The position numbers and the translations under genes were made by a program. From Hyaloraphidium curvatum SAG 235-1 (Eukaryota > Fungi > Monoblepharomycota), in contig JAIVFI010000015.1 in the NCBI GenBank assembly GCA_025558095.1, forward strand, positions 496,001 through 560,000: DNA of 64,000 bases, given 5' to 3'. The notes beneath the pieces were generated by a model. It did no database searches. It was not told the origin of the DNA and worked only from the letters and a program-made list of their open reading frames with translations. Of this stretch, positions 49,322 through 60,610 are shown one piece after another. The number at the start of each line of letters is the position of its first letter. Positions within the stretch are counted from its first letter, which is position 1.

Positions 49322-52300
49322 TCAGCTTGCCGGCTTGAGCTTCTTGACCGACCCATTCGCGGCGCTTGCGGCCGTACGCTTGCGGCCTGTGGCGGCACCT
49401 GGAGCTCCCGGATCAGCTCGGGATGACGCTCGGGATGACCGTCGCGAATGCGAGCGCGCTCACCCGCGGACTTGCGCGGCGCTGCACCAGTCCCAGCTCG
49501 GAGCTTGGGCTGCGGCTTCGGCTTCCTGGTGTCCGGCCTGAACGGCCAGGGGCGCTCCCCTCCGGTGATGAGGCCGAACCAGAAGAGGTGCTCCATGGAG
49601 TGCACACTGTTCACGTCGCGCATCCAGAAGCGGCGGCAGAGGGGACAGTATTTCACCCCGCGCACCTCGCCCTTGGAGCCGGGGTTCCGGATTCCGACGA
49701 CATAGGTGGTCTTGCAGCTGGAAAGGACGTCAGGCGAGTCGGATGATCACGGCGGCTGCCGCACCAGCTGCACATTTGGGACGTGAGGTACTCGTTGACC
49801 AAGACCATGATCCCGGCCTTGGCCAGCTCCGCCCTGAAGCGAACGATCCGGGAGGCCGGGCCGCCCTTGCTCGCATGGCCGAATCGCGCGGCGCCGTATG
49901 CGATGGTCGTCTGTGGATCGTACTTGCCCGAATACGGGTTGCGACACATGTCGCGACAGATCCAGCTGAGGACCTCGCGGCGCCGGCGAATCGTGCGCAC
50001 ACGATCCAGGCTGCAGGATGCGTGAGCGAAGTCGTTGCCACAGGGATTGGCTTGCCCACCTCCGTTCTCCGGAACAGTAGACGTCCAGGATGCGGTCGAG
50101 TTGTGGCAGCAGCGCCCTCGTGTAGTCCGAGAAGGCTGCACTGTTCGTTGTGCGTTGAGAGGGCAGGTCGCGCTCGAAATCGTGGAGAGACTTCTGCACA
50201 GGGTTGCCCTCGCAATCGTTGACGTCCAGCATGGTGGTCCGCTTGGTGGCATTCAGACGCGCGGCCGCCTTATCGTAGCCGCACAGGCGGCGGTCGAGCT
50301 TGGCCGGAACACCGAGGATGAGCTCCGGCAGCGCCGGGGTCCCCGCACGGCCGGCACCAGCGACCTCGCCCCACAGCTTGGCACCAAACTCGTCCGTGCA
50401 GCCGCCAGGGGTCGGGAACAGTTCGACGTTGCGCCGAGCGTGCTTCTCCGCCTTTGCAGCGTCGTTGGGGCGCGAATCGGGCGCCGGCGGCTTGAACTCC
50501 GAGATCTTGGGCTCCCAGAGCGGGTGGTGTCTGCACGCTCCAGCGGCAGGCGGCGACGGACCGAAAGACCTTGCGATCCGCTTAGTATCGGAGCAGGAGT
50601 GCTCTAGGTGGAAGCCGACGATCCTCCCGAAGCTGACGGAACCGTCGGCCTTGGACGGGTTCGCCCGCTTCGGCACGTAGTGCGACTTGGTGCCGTCGGC
50701 ATTGGTCACGGTGATGCGCTCCGTTGTCCCCGGCAGATGACTGTTGGCGAAGTCGTAGCGTCCGTTCGGCCCGGGGTTCAGGCTCTTGGCAACGATCCGC
50801 ACGTCGACGCGGCGGTTGGCAACAGCCAGAAACCAGCGATTCGGATCCACGTCGACGACCCCGCCCTCCACTGGCTCGCCGCGCTCGGCCCGCTCGAACA
50901 TTTCCGCCTGCGTCGGCATGTGCAGGAGATTGGGTGCCAGCACGGACACATGGTCAGGGCGGCTGAGGTAGTAGACGGGAATGCCAGTCTTGAAGTCGAC
51001 CGGGGGCCGCGGCAACGGCTCGGCAGAACGCGGCGGGAGCGGAACCGGGGTCGGGGCCAGCTGAGGAGGTACGGGGGCAGCGAACTTGCCCTCGACCGTT
51101 ACCGTCGGCGGCGACGGTTCGACCGCGCAAACGACGACTTCGGGAGGGAAGCAAGAAAGGAAGGGGGAAGGAAGTGGCGGCGAGAAGTCGGGGAAAGGAA
51201 GGGCCGCGCATGGATGCACAGAAGTCTCGGGCACCGAGTCACCGGGCGAGACAGTCGCGCAGGGAGGGTCGTTGTGCCCCGAGCTCAGGGGCGCGAACAC
51301 GTTGGGCGCACAGTCCACGGCCTTGCAGGCGGCATCTTGACAGCACGAGCACGGGTCGTGCACCCAATGCGGGGGCGGTTCCGGGGGAATGGAGGCAGGG
51401 AGAGAAGTCGAGGCTGGTGGTTCGACGAAGGAGAAAAAGGGCGGGGGTTCCGGCGGGACCGCGGCGGGGATGCCGCAGTCCGCCGGAGGCTCGGAAGGCA
51501 TGGTGGTGAAGTTAAGGTTGCTGCTGGCACAATAAGAGGGCTCCCAATCCATCGGGACCGATTCGTCCCCTTGGGCCGTCGCCTGCAGGTAGTAGACCAT
51601 GCCCCCATGCCAAATCCGATTCTGGCCTGGAAAAGTGAGGATCCGATCAGCCTCCGAACCCGTGCGTCACTGAGCAAAATGCCCACCATCGAAGACAGCC
51701 ATGTCGCACGGCGGGTCCGGATCGCCGTTTGGCAGCCATGGACCGGTGTAGAGCGGCGGGTAGGGATCCATCGGAACATCGCGAGGGAACGAAACATCCA
51801 CTTCGAAAGCAGCAAGACCGGCGGGCACATGAGCTGCGGCGGGAACGGAGACGGTGGGCCGAGTTTGAACAGGAGGAGCCGGCGCGGCTGCTGGCGAATG
51901 CGCTGCGCGCTTTGGCGGCTCGACGTCCTGTGTCGTGTTTTGCCGCTCCTGCTGCTGCGACTGCTGGAACGAGACCTTTTCCACGAAGGAGACTTCTTCG
52001 TTAAGAATGCCCAGGGTGCTGCCGCAATGATAGATGCCCCGGACGCCGGAGTACCTCAGAACGTCCGCGGTGCGACGATAGATGGGCTGCGTGGCGGCGG
52101 CATGGCCCCTGGCCGAGACTTTGCCCTGCTGACGGAGGCGGAAGAGCCGGTCCTCGTTGACGAGTTGGTTGCCGCCGTTGAGCAGGTGGCCGAATAGGTA
52201 GTCCGAGTCAACGCGCGAGGTGTCGATGCCAGGCGCGACCTCCACGCCCAGCTTGGACAAAAACTCGGGCAGATCCGAGGCCGAGATGTAGACGGTCACG

Positions 52301-54372
52301 GGGGACAAGCTGATTTCGGCGACCGCAGCCCGAAGCTTCCGCCGCGCCCACGAGGCTGCCTTTTCCTTGCCGGTCTGGGCGGCGCCAAGCCCCGCCATCG
52401 CGGCGGCGGCGGCCGCCTTGCGCTCCCGCCGCTTCGTCTCCATGGTCTCCTTCTTGGCGAGTCCCTCGGGCCCCGGCTGCGGTCGGCGCTTACGGAAGCT
52501 CACGACGAACCCGTGCCATCGCTTCGGGGAGCCATTCTTGCTGTAATGCCGCTTCTCGACGCGGTGCGGCCGCCACGTGTTGCGGGCCCTCCTGGTCTTG
52601 TTCGAAGCCTCCCTGTCCTTGACCGGAGCAGTTGAAATGGTTGGGAAAGTTGGGGTTGAATCGGGGTCCCTGGCGGTGCTCGTCCTCCGCGCCGTTCCAG
52701 GTTCCGGCAGTGCAGCAGCCGCGGACGCGGCCCTCTTCTTCAGCGCCTCGTCCTGCTTTTCGAGCTCGTGCAGGGCGATGAAGCACATCTGGAAGCCGAA
52801 GGCTTCGTCCGCGGGGTTCGTGGATGAACGACACTTGTCGAGGTCATACTCGCTCATCCGCGCCACCAGAAGCTTCTCGCTTTCCCAGTGGGGCCGGTTC
52901 TGCCCCACCAATGCCGCCGCCGCCGCCTCGTTCATGTCCTCGGCGTGCTCGGGGACCCAGAACTTGGGTTTCTGCTCTGTCGACCGAATCGTTGCCGTGG
53001 TCACGGCCGGGTAGCGGAAGGGGATGCTCCGAAGCTGTAGACGGTTTGCAACCACCCAGTCCCTCAGCTCCTGCAGCTCCACCTTTCGCAAGTCAGCCTT
53101 CTCCGCAGGTGAGGCCCGCGGCAGCGTCTCCCAAATGTTCTGGAGGTAGCTGCGCACCGCCTCCGTTTCCGCGTCGACCTTTCCGCGCGGCTTGCCCTTC
53201 GGCAGGTTCACGGTTCGCACCGCGGCCGCCACGGGGTTGCCCGCCTGCTTGTCCTGCAGGACCCGAGCGATAACCCTCCGCTGCGAAACGGTTGCCGGCA
53301 CCGGCGGCTTCTGTTTTGAATCCCGGAGGTCAACGATCCGGTTCAGCTGCAAGCCTCTGAACGGCCGGAGGAGCCTCCCCAGCCCGACCCTGAGCTCCGT
53401 GGCCTCGGCGAGACCACAGCCAAATGCGCTTTCGAACGGGAAATTGGAGAAGTCGTCGTCCCCATATCCGAGCTTTGCCAGAGCGTAGCTGAGGATTGGG
53501 CCAATCCGCCTCCGGCCGACGCCCGCGTTCACCTCCCCGCGTAGGAAGCGACGGATGAGAACCTTGAGCGCAGTCAGCAGCCGCTGCGGCACGCTTCGAG
53601 CTCGGTTGAAAGCGACCTGCTCGGCATAGCGGAGCAAAGGTCCCTGCACGAAAAGCGGCCTGAGCTTGTCGTACGTCTCGCCCACAAGTTCCCGCGCCTC
53701 TGCAAACGCAGCAACGGCCGCCTTGCGGACAAGCTTTGCCGCTGCGTTGTGCTCCGCGACGGTGAGAACGGACGGTGCGCCCTGATCAGCAACCTGCGAG
53801 AGATCGGGGGTGTCCTCAGCCGTAACCAAGTCCTCGTCCTCAATCTGATCCAGCTCGCCGTGCAAGAAGTCGGCCAAGATCTTGGCGCCGGCCTGGTCCT
53901 CGGCCATCGCGTCGTCATCGTCCTCGAAGTCAACGTCCTCGAGCACCTCGTCTCGATCGTCGTCGTTGGCTCCGAGGTCCGGACCGCCGTCCACAAGCTG
54001 CTCCACTCCTGGCGCCCCCGAATGGCCCGAGTATCTCGCCCCAGCACCGAGCCCGGCCGACTTCTGCTTTCCCGCGCGGCGGGTTCCAACAGCGGCGGAC
54101 ATCTGGCCGGCACCAAGCACGGCGTGGATGGCAATCTTTGCGACGTAAGACGGGGGAAAGCTGGCGAGCATGTCCTGCGTGACGGATCCGTCTTGGTCCG
54201 GGAGCTCTTTGTTGTGGATCTGCAACAAGATCTTGGTCCAGATGATCTTGAATAAGATGGCGGCGAGGGTGCAGGCCTTGGTGATGAGGGGCCCGACTTG
54301 CTCGTACGGGCCCCGCGCCCATGGGTGGCACACCTCGGCCGCCGGGAACCACTTGACGGCCAGCTCCGTCAT
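49322..54372 (-). CDS. Giant Fanzor1, copy B (about 1609 aa, 4 introns)
   Basis: Introns 51627-51686, 50011-50059, 49718-49764 and 49399-49463 (all GT-AG) join the ORF pieces in frame: RuvC-I VDVDPN, RuvC-II NEYLTSQMCSCC, KYCPLC, RuvC-III WMRDVNS, C-terminal bipartite NLS-like RKR...KKLK. Confidence 0.85.
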
Positions 54373-57300
54373 CGTCTTGTATCGCTCGTGCTGGGGGTCG
54401 CCAAGTGCGAGGAAGCCGTTGAGCGCGACCCACCGCCGCTTCGGAGAGCACTCCTGCCGGTGCCTCCCGCCACCGGCGAACAGAAAGGGCAGGACGAGCC
54501 GCCGAGGCCCGTAGGAATGTTGGCTTTGAGGTTTGTCGACGCGAACGGGACAATGTAGTGTGCGTTGGCAATGAACTGGCCGAACGACGTGGTGAGATTC
54601 CTTGGGGCGACCAAACTGTCCGCGGCGGCGGTCAGCTTCGCATCGGTCCCAGGCATGCATGGAAAGCGCGGTGCAACTCACGCCCCACGGTGGTTCTCCT
54701 CGACATGCTGCCGGAACTCACTCTCGAGGTCGAACTGATGTCCCTTCCCCGGGCACGCTCTGCAGGTGAGGTGCGCACCCTTGACGTGGTGGAGGAGCCG
54801 AAGCTCGGCGTCATAGACACGCTCCCGCGCAGCTCCGTCAGCCACCATCCCCGACGCCGCGACCTTGCGCCGCCGCCCAGCCTTCGCCGGGACTTCGCCT
54901 TCCACCTGCACACTGAAGGAACAGAGCGGACAATCCCGCTTCTGGATACGGCCGAAGTCCAGCAGTCCAACGGATTCCGCGTGGAAGTGGAGCTTGGCGT
55001 CGAGCGCGGTGCGCGCGGCCTCCTGCCGTGCTTCGGGGTTGCTACCGCGCACCAGCGCGGGCATACCGCACAAGTCCAGGGTAAAATCGCGCATCTTGGG
55101 CCCCGACTCCAGCAGCCGCAGCGTCACCATGGAAGAGTGTTCCCACCCGAGCTGCTCCGCCTTCAGGAACAGGGTTGCCAGCAGCTTATCGCCCTCTGCA
55201 TCCAGTCCAGGTACGCCCGGGCTCATCTGGAAAAGGCCCGGGAACGAAAGCAGCTGCCGGGGCAAAAATCAGTTTGGGATTGCGGGGCTGCTCGACAGGA
55301 GATTGCACACCAGCACGGGAACGGAACCCGGATTCTCGATGGCGAGGGCCTCCTCGTTGGCCGCCATCGGGTTCCACACCGCCCAATCGAAGAATCTCTT
55401 GCGCCCTTCCGCATTGCGACTCGCCACACTATCCGGCAAACGCGCCGCCATGACTATCTTGCATCGCTGCGGGAGGGAGAGCGAAGCAAGGAAGTACTCC
55501 AGGCCGGGCGACGCATCAAAAAGCGAGCGGCCCTGCTGGTCCTTCAGCGTGCGGCACGCTTCCTCCAGTATCTGCCTAAGGTTCCTTGGCAGAGACTCGG
55601 TCGAAGCCGCGCGTTCGAGGTACTCCAACCGACAGACCTTCGAAATGGGCTGGTGAACATAATGCAGAGCACGACGTGCTGTCTCGGATGTTTCGAAGCT
55701 GTCCATGCGTGCCCTCCCGGCCGGGCCGAGCTGTCCCCAGAGAGAAACAGCGAGCGCACGTAGCCATTCTGGTCCACGACCGTTTCGTACAAGGCCCGAT
55801 AGGAGGATGGCGAACCTCTCGTCCAGCACGGTGTCGTTTGCAAGGGCTGAGAGCGGAAACAGCTGTTTCAACGCGGCGCGGCTGGCTTTCTTGAACGAGA
55901 CGTTAAGTTCCGGTGGGACGTCGGCATAGCGGGCGAGGTTATCCAGCTGGGAGATGGAGACGTCGGGGGCTGACGGCGGTCCCAGATCCGCGCCATCGTC
56001 CGCGGGGCGGAAAAAGGGGGGTGCCGGTGCGTCTGGTCCGATCAGACTGGGGGCGACCCGGCGCCGCCGGGCGACGATGTTCCGGAGGCGCGCGACGAAA
56101 AGCTCGCGCTCCAGCTTGTACCCCCGACCCGATGCCACCCGCTGACAGATGAACTCAAAAGGAGCTTCACCGAGGTTGGAGAGGCCCCCGAGGACGTCCG
56201 CAGCGTCGAAGCCCGCGGTCCTTTGAGCGGAGTCCGTGAAGTCGTTCCACGGCCCAAAGAATTCCCTCGCCGAACCATCGACGTGGAGAACTTCCCTCAG
56301 GATCAGCAAAGTGTGCTTTTGGTGCGGGTTGATGTGGGCGACGCCGAGGTTGCGAGCCTGCTCGGAGTGGGCGTTGTCGTGAGTCAGCGCGGTCTGCATG
56401 CCCGATGCGCAACCGTCATGGCAGTCCACCTCTTCAGCGAGCCGCTCGGCCGCGTTTGCTTCGGTCTGGGTCGCTGCTGCGCCCTCCATCGCGGAAGGGC
56501 ACGTCTGAGGAGCCGGAGAAGCAAAGGCAGAGATCTGACCTTGTAGTGTGACCTTCCGCGCCACACATTTGCCGGCGGACGCGGATTCCGCGATGCGCAC
56601 AAACTCAGCCTCGCTTAGCTTCAAGCAGTGCCGGAACGTCGCCATCAGATCGCCGTGGCCGACGATTTGAATGGCCCTCTCGATGGACCGGACGAGATCC
56701 GGCACCGTCCTGGGGCAGTCCCGCCTCACGAGGTTCTTGATCGTGGCAAACACGTACTCGGTCGGGTTAAATTCCGGCGATCTCGGTCGCAGGTAGATGA
56801 GGCTCAGATTGTTGGCCTTTGCTACGGCCTGGACCGCAAGGAACGACTTGCCCGAGAGGTTCTTTATTATTGCCGTGCCGTCCGTGGTCTTCCTTGCCCG
56901 CAGAGGAGAGCCGTGGAAACCCGCATTGTCCAGGATAACGCCCAGGGACTCGGACCCACAAGCCCCGGCGCGAATAGTCTTGAGAAAAGCACAGAACCTC
57001 TCGGTGTTCATGTTGCCGCTGTAGATCTGGTACGAGATCACGTTTCCAGTGTGATTACCGGGTCGCGGAGTGGGTGAGATGGCGAGGCAAAGGGTCACCT
57101 TGGGGCCCCGGTTCCCTGGCAGGTATACGACGGCGGGAGTCCCCTTCTCCGAGTAGCCGAAGCGCCCCGGATCGTTGAGTTGGAATGAGGACTCGTCCAA
57201 GGCACCTAGGCGCCCCAAATCAAAGGAAGTGACCCTCTCGTGGAACATGCGGTGCCGCTCGGGTTGTTTCAGGGCTTCGGCGCTCTTAATGGTGAGCTTC

Positions 57301-57626
57301 TTCCTCGTGACCCTGTTGGCCTTCAGCAGCCGCGAGATATGCTGCTGCGACACCAAAACGCCAAACTTTTCCGCCAGGTCAGCAGCGAGCTCCCTTTGCG
57401 TCACGCGGACGCGAGCTTTGGCCTCGTCAACTACGTGCCGGACCATTTCCTCGGACACCTTGCGGAAGGCCTTGCGGGGATGGTCCGGAACGGTCTGAGC
57501 CCCACATCGGCGGATCCAACGGAAATACGTCGTTCGGTGAATTGCGAGTACAGCAGCAATCTCGTCCGGGCCAAGCTTGCCGGTCTGCTTGAGCCGAACC
57601 GCGGTTTCTGGCCCGCTCAGAAGCAT
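54369..57626 (-). CDS. IS630/Tc1-type DD56E transposase fused to a helical domain and C2H2-like zinc fingers (about 1044 aa, 2 introns)
   Basis: HTH, ALDESSF, ILDNAGFH, SPEFNPTEYVF. Introns 55254-55310 and 54616-54681 join in frame to CPLC...HHVKGAH and CRAC...QHVEENH. Confidence 0.85.
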
Positions 57627-58216
57627 GTTTTGGCCGTGCCGTTCCCCGACGCGACGCAGGAGGCACCACGCGCCTTTTGCGATGGAGACTGTGCTCTAGC
57701 GGTTGCAAATTCGCACGCGGCGACTCCGGCAAGCTCGAGTAGCGGGACCTGTGTGTGAAACGACAGTAAAAGTAGGGGGGAGTAATAAGTCCCTTATATG
57801 AGCCTCTAAGGTCATCCGCTCACGGTGTGACCCGATCTCCCAGCACACGCGACCTTGGACCACGGGAAGCTCGGCAAGGTGATTATCGCCGGCCTGCGGG
57901 GCCTGCCGGCGAAGGGAGGAGACGCAGGAGATTCTGAGGGAGGCCGGGGCGCGGCGGACGGACGGCCGGAGGGGGCCGGAGGGGGCGGAACGCCGTGTCG
58001 GCCGGTCGAGGAACCTCTCGCACCACTGCCGGGACTCTCTGGGACGCGGAAGCCGGTGGGCGGGCGTGTTCTTGGACCGCGTCGCTGACGGTGTTTCCTC
58101 GGAATCGGCTCTGCTCTGTTGGACACCTGCCCCGCTTCGCGCCTGCTCCACCTGCGACTCCCCGCCCCTGCCCTGCGCGCCGGCCGCCGACCTCCACACC
58201 CCTCCTCAAACACCAG

Positions 58217-59033
58217 ATGCTCATCCCGACCAAGAACCGCAAGGCCATCTACGGCTACCTCTTCCAGGAGGGCGTCGTCGTCGCGCAGAAGAACTTCAAC
58301 GCGCCCAAGCACCAGGACATCGACGTGCCCAACCTGCAAGTGATCAAGGCGCTGCAGTCGATGCGCTCGCGGGGCTACGTCAGGGAGCAGTTCAGCTGGC
58401 AGTACTATTACTACTTCCTCACCGACTCGGGGATCGAGTACCTGAGGGAGTACCTGCACCTGCCCGTCGAGATCGTGCCCAAGACGCACATCAAGAGCAA
58501 GAGCACGGGGTTGAGGCCGGGGCGTGAGTGTTTTGCCGGGGAGGGATCCGTGAGGCGTGCGGGCGTTGGTTGGCGGGCGTGTGAGGGTCGGCGTTGTGGG
58601 ATGAGATGAGACCGCCGGTGCGGATACCGGCGAGGTCGGCTGCGCCGGCACGCATGCCGGCATCGACGCCGACACCGGTGCTGCTCTTCCGCATCCTCGA
58701 GTGCCCGCACGCACGTCGGGAGCACCCGCGGCCATCGGCCCCGCACGCACGCACGGCCCCTTCGCACTCGTTCCACATCGGCACCAACTGAACCACTTCC
58801 CCCTTCTGCAGAGGAGGACCGCCCGCCCCGCCGCGACGGCGACCGCCCCTTCGGCAGGCGCGAGGACCGCGAGGGCGGCTACCGGCGGCGCGAGGGACCC
58901 AAGGAGGGCGCGGGCGGCGAGTTCCGGTGCGTACATTGCGGCTCGTTCGTGCACATATTGTGCTAACGCGGTGTGCCTTTGTCTGCACAGGCCGTCGTTC
59001 CAGGGTGGTGTGGGTCGCCCGAGACCCGAGTAG
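58217..59033 (+). CDS. RPS10: 40S ribosomal protein S10 (eS10)
   Basis: [23 protein letters not shown]...[33 protein letters not shown]; RG-rich tail across 2 introns. Confidence 0.95.
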
Positions 59034-59450
59034 GCGTGTACAGGCTGCGAATCGAGGTGTCGACTTGATGCGCGTTGCTGGATTGCGTCCGGCTGTCCTG
59101 GGGGTGTGAATGGATGCGGAGGGGTTGATTAAGGGGCTTTGCGGTGGTGGATGGCTTGATTGGGTGGATGCGTCTGCGGATGGGGAGTGCAGGTAAGGGT
59201 GTGCACGGTGGTGCGGGCCGGCCGTCGTCCATCCACCACCAGTCCGGCTAGAGAAGCTACAGAACAGCATCCATTTCTTATATTTTGCTTTTCCTGGCTC
59301 GCCGTGGCCGTTGTGTTGGCCGTGAAGCGTCTGTACAGCTCCCACCGCACGGTCACCCACAGCCCTCCACCCGCGGCGACATTGACTCAGGCCCCCCCCG
59401 CCTGCCCCTGCCGCGCCGAATCCCGGCTCCGCGCCCTTCTGAGCCCTCCA

Positions 59451-59633
59451 ATGGCCACCATCGCGCCCATCGTCGGCAAGTTCCGGCGGCAGATCATCCG
59501 CGACATCTCGCTCTGCCTGGCCACGGGCACCGTCGGCGCCTACGTCTTCTGGTACACCGAGCACGTGCCCAAGTTCAACCGGATCGACGGGTACTACCAG
59601 AGGCTGGCCGAGGCCAAGAAGGCCGAGAACTAG
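59451..59633 (+). CDS. COX9: Cytochrome c oxidase subunit VIIa (Cox9)
   Basis: MATIAPIVGKFRRQIIRDISL...FWYTEHVPKFNRIDGYYQRL, 60 aa single-TM protein matching fungal Cox9. Confidence 0.8.
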   Translation: MATIAPIVGKFRRQIIRDISLCLATGTVGAYVFWYTEHVPKFNRIDGYYQRLAEAKKAEN

Positions 59634-60610
59634 GCGAGGGGACCGCTGCGGTGGGTATTGGAGCGGGTGGCGCATGGGCTGGAACGGACCGGCCCCGACG
59701 GGATGGGGCCTCCGGAAGGCCCCGCACGCACTTTGGGCCGCGAAGGAGTGTTGCTGGAAGCGTTGGGGCGCGGCGGCCGGGCAGGCCTCTGCGGGGTGTG
59801 CGCACCGCAGGCTTCGTCATGGTCGCCGGCCTGCGGGCCCTCCTCGGCGGCACAGGCGCCCGTTGTGCCCTCCATCCGCTGCGTACACGTAGCTAACCTC
59901 TTTCCTCCCCCCATGCCCGTCCCCCGCCGCGCAATCCAGGCGATGGACCGCCTGCCATGACGGACGAGGGAGCTTTCGCACAAACAGCATAAGGTCACAT
60001 ATTCGCGCCCGGGCCGGGGTGCCGGACGGACGTGCGGGCAGAGGCACTTGTGGGAGCAGCGGACCGAGGAGTTTCCGCGCCGGAGGATGGGCGCGGGGAC
60101 GGCGAATACAGGAGCCGAAGCCTAGTCGCTTGCGGGGGCGTCCGGTCCGGTTGGTCATGATTATTGGGGTGCGGTTGTCCAACAGCTTTCGAAGTCTGCC
60201 GCTCGTCTACATCGCACGGCGTGTCCTGCTGGTCCGTTTGCATCTCGGGCAGTGGAAGCCACGGGAGAGGGGACGCCAAGATCCGCCGAGGAGCATCCCG
60301 CGTCCGAAGGTCCCCGAGCTCCCGTTCAAGACCTAAACTGTGCCTCAAAATCGTTCTTCTGCGATTTTCTGGCTTTCTGTCTGGCTTTTCCGTAGGTCTG
60401 GGCTGCCAGGACGCGGGGCGGTGCGTTGAATCGGCCGGCGGTGACAAGTCCTCCAACCGACTTTGAATTCCCCAACTCCAGGGCCCCTGCACGGCGGCCG
60501 ACCGGGCCGGAGTGCCTGCGGCAGTCTTCCTACCCGGCCGCACGCCCCGCTGCCCCGCCGCCGCGGAGTCTCCGGCGGCATTCCGCGCCCGACGCGCGCC
60601 CCCCCGCGGC

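Larger units (their letters stand above)
39376..57796 (-). mobile_element. Composite/nested island of Fanzor-carrying IS630/Tc1-type transposons
   Basis: Two Fanzor genes, two related DDE transposases and a solo LTR between the host genes PBS2 and RPS10. TA-bounded ends are tentative. Confidence 0.75.

Noticed and set aside
54389-54431. 43 nt GTGGGT...CAG intron fusing the transposase to Fanzor B
   Set aside because: Splicing it enters the wrong frame and no clear branch site is visible.
49255-54681. Four separate ORFs or a frameshifted pseudogene
   Set aside because: Each break coincides with a GT-AG intron of typical size that restores the frame.
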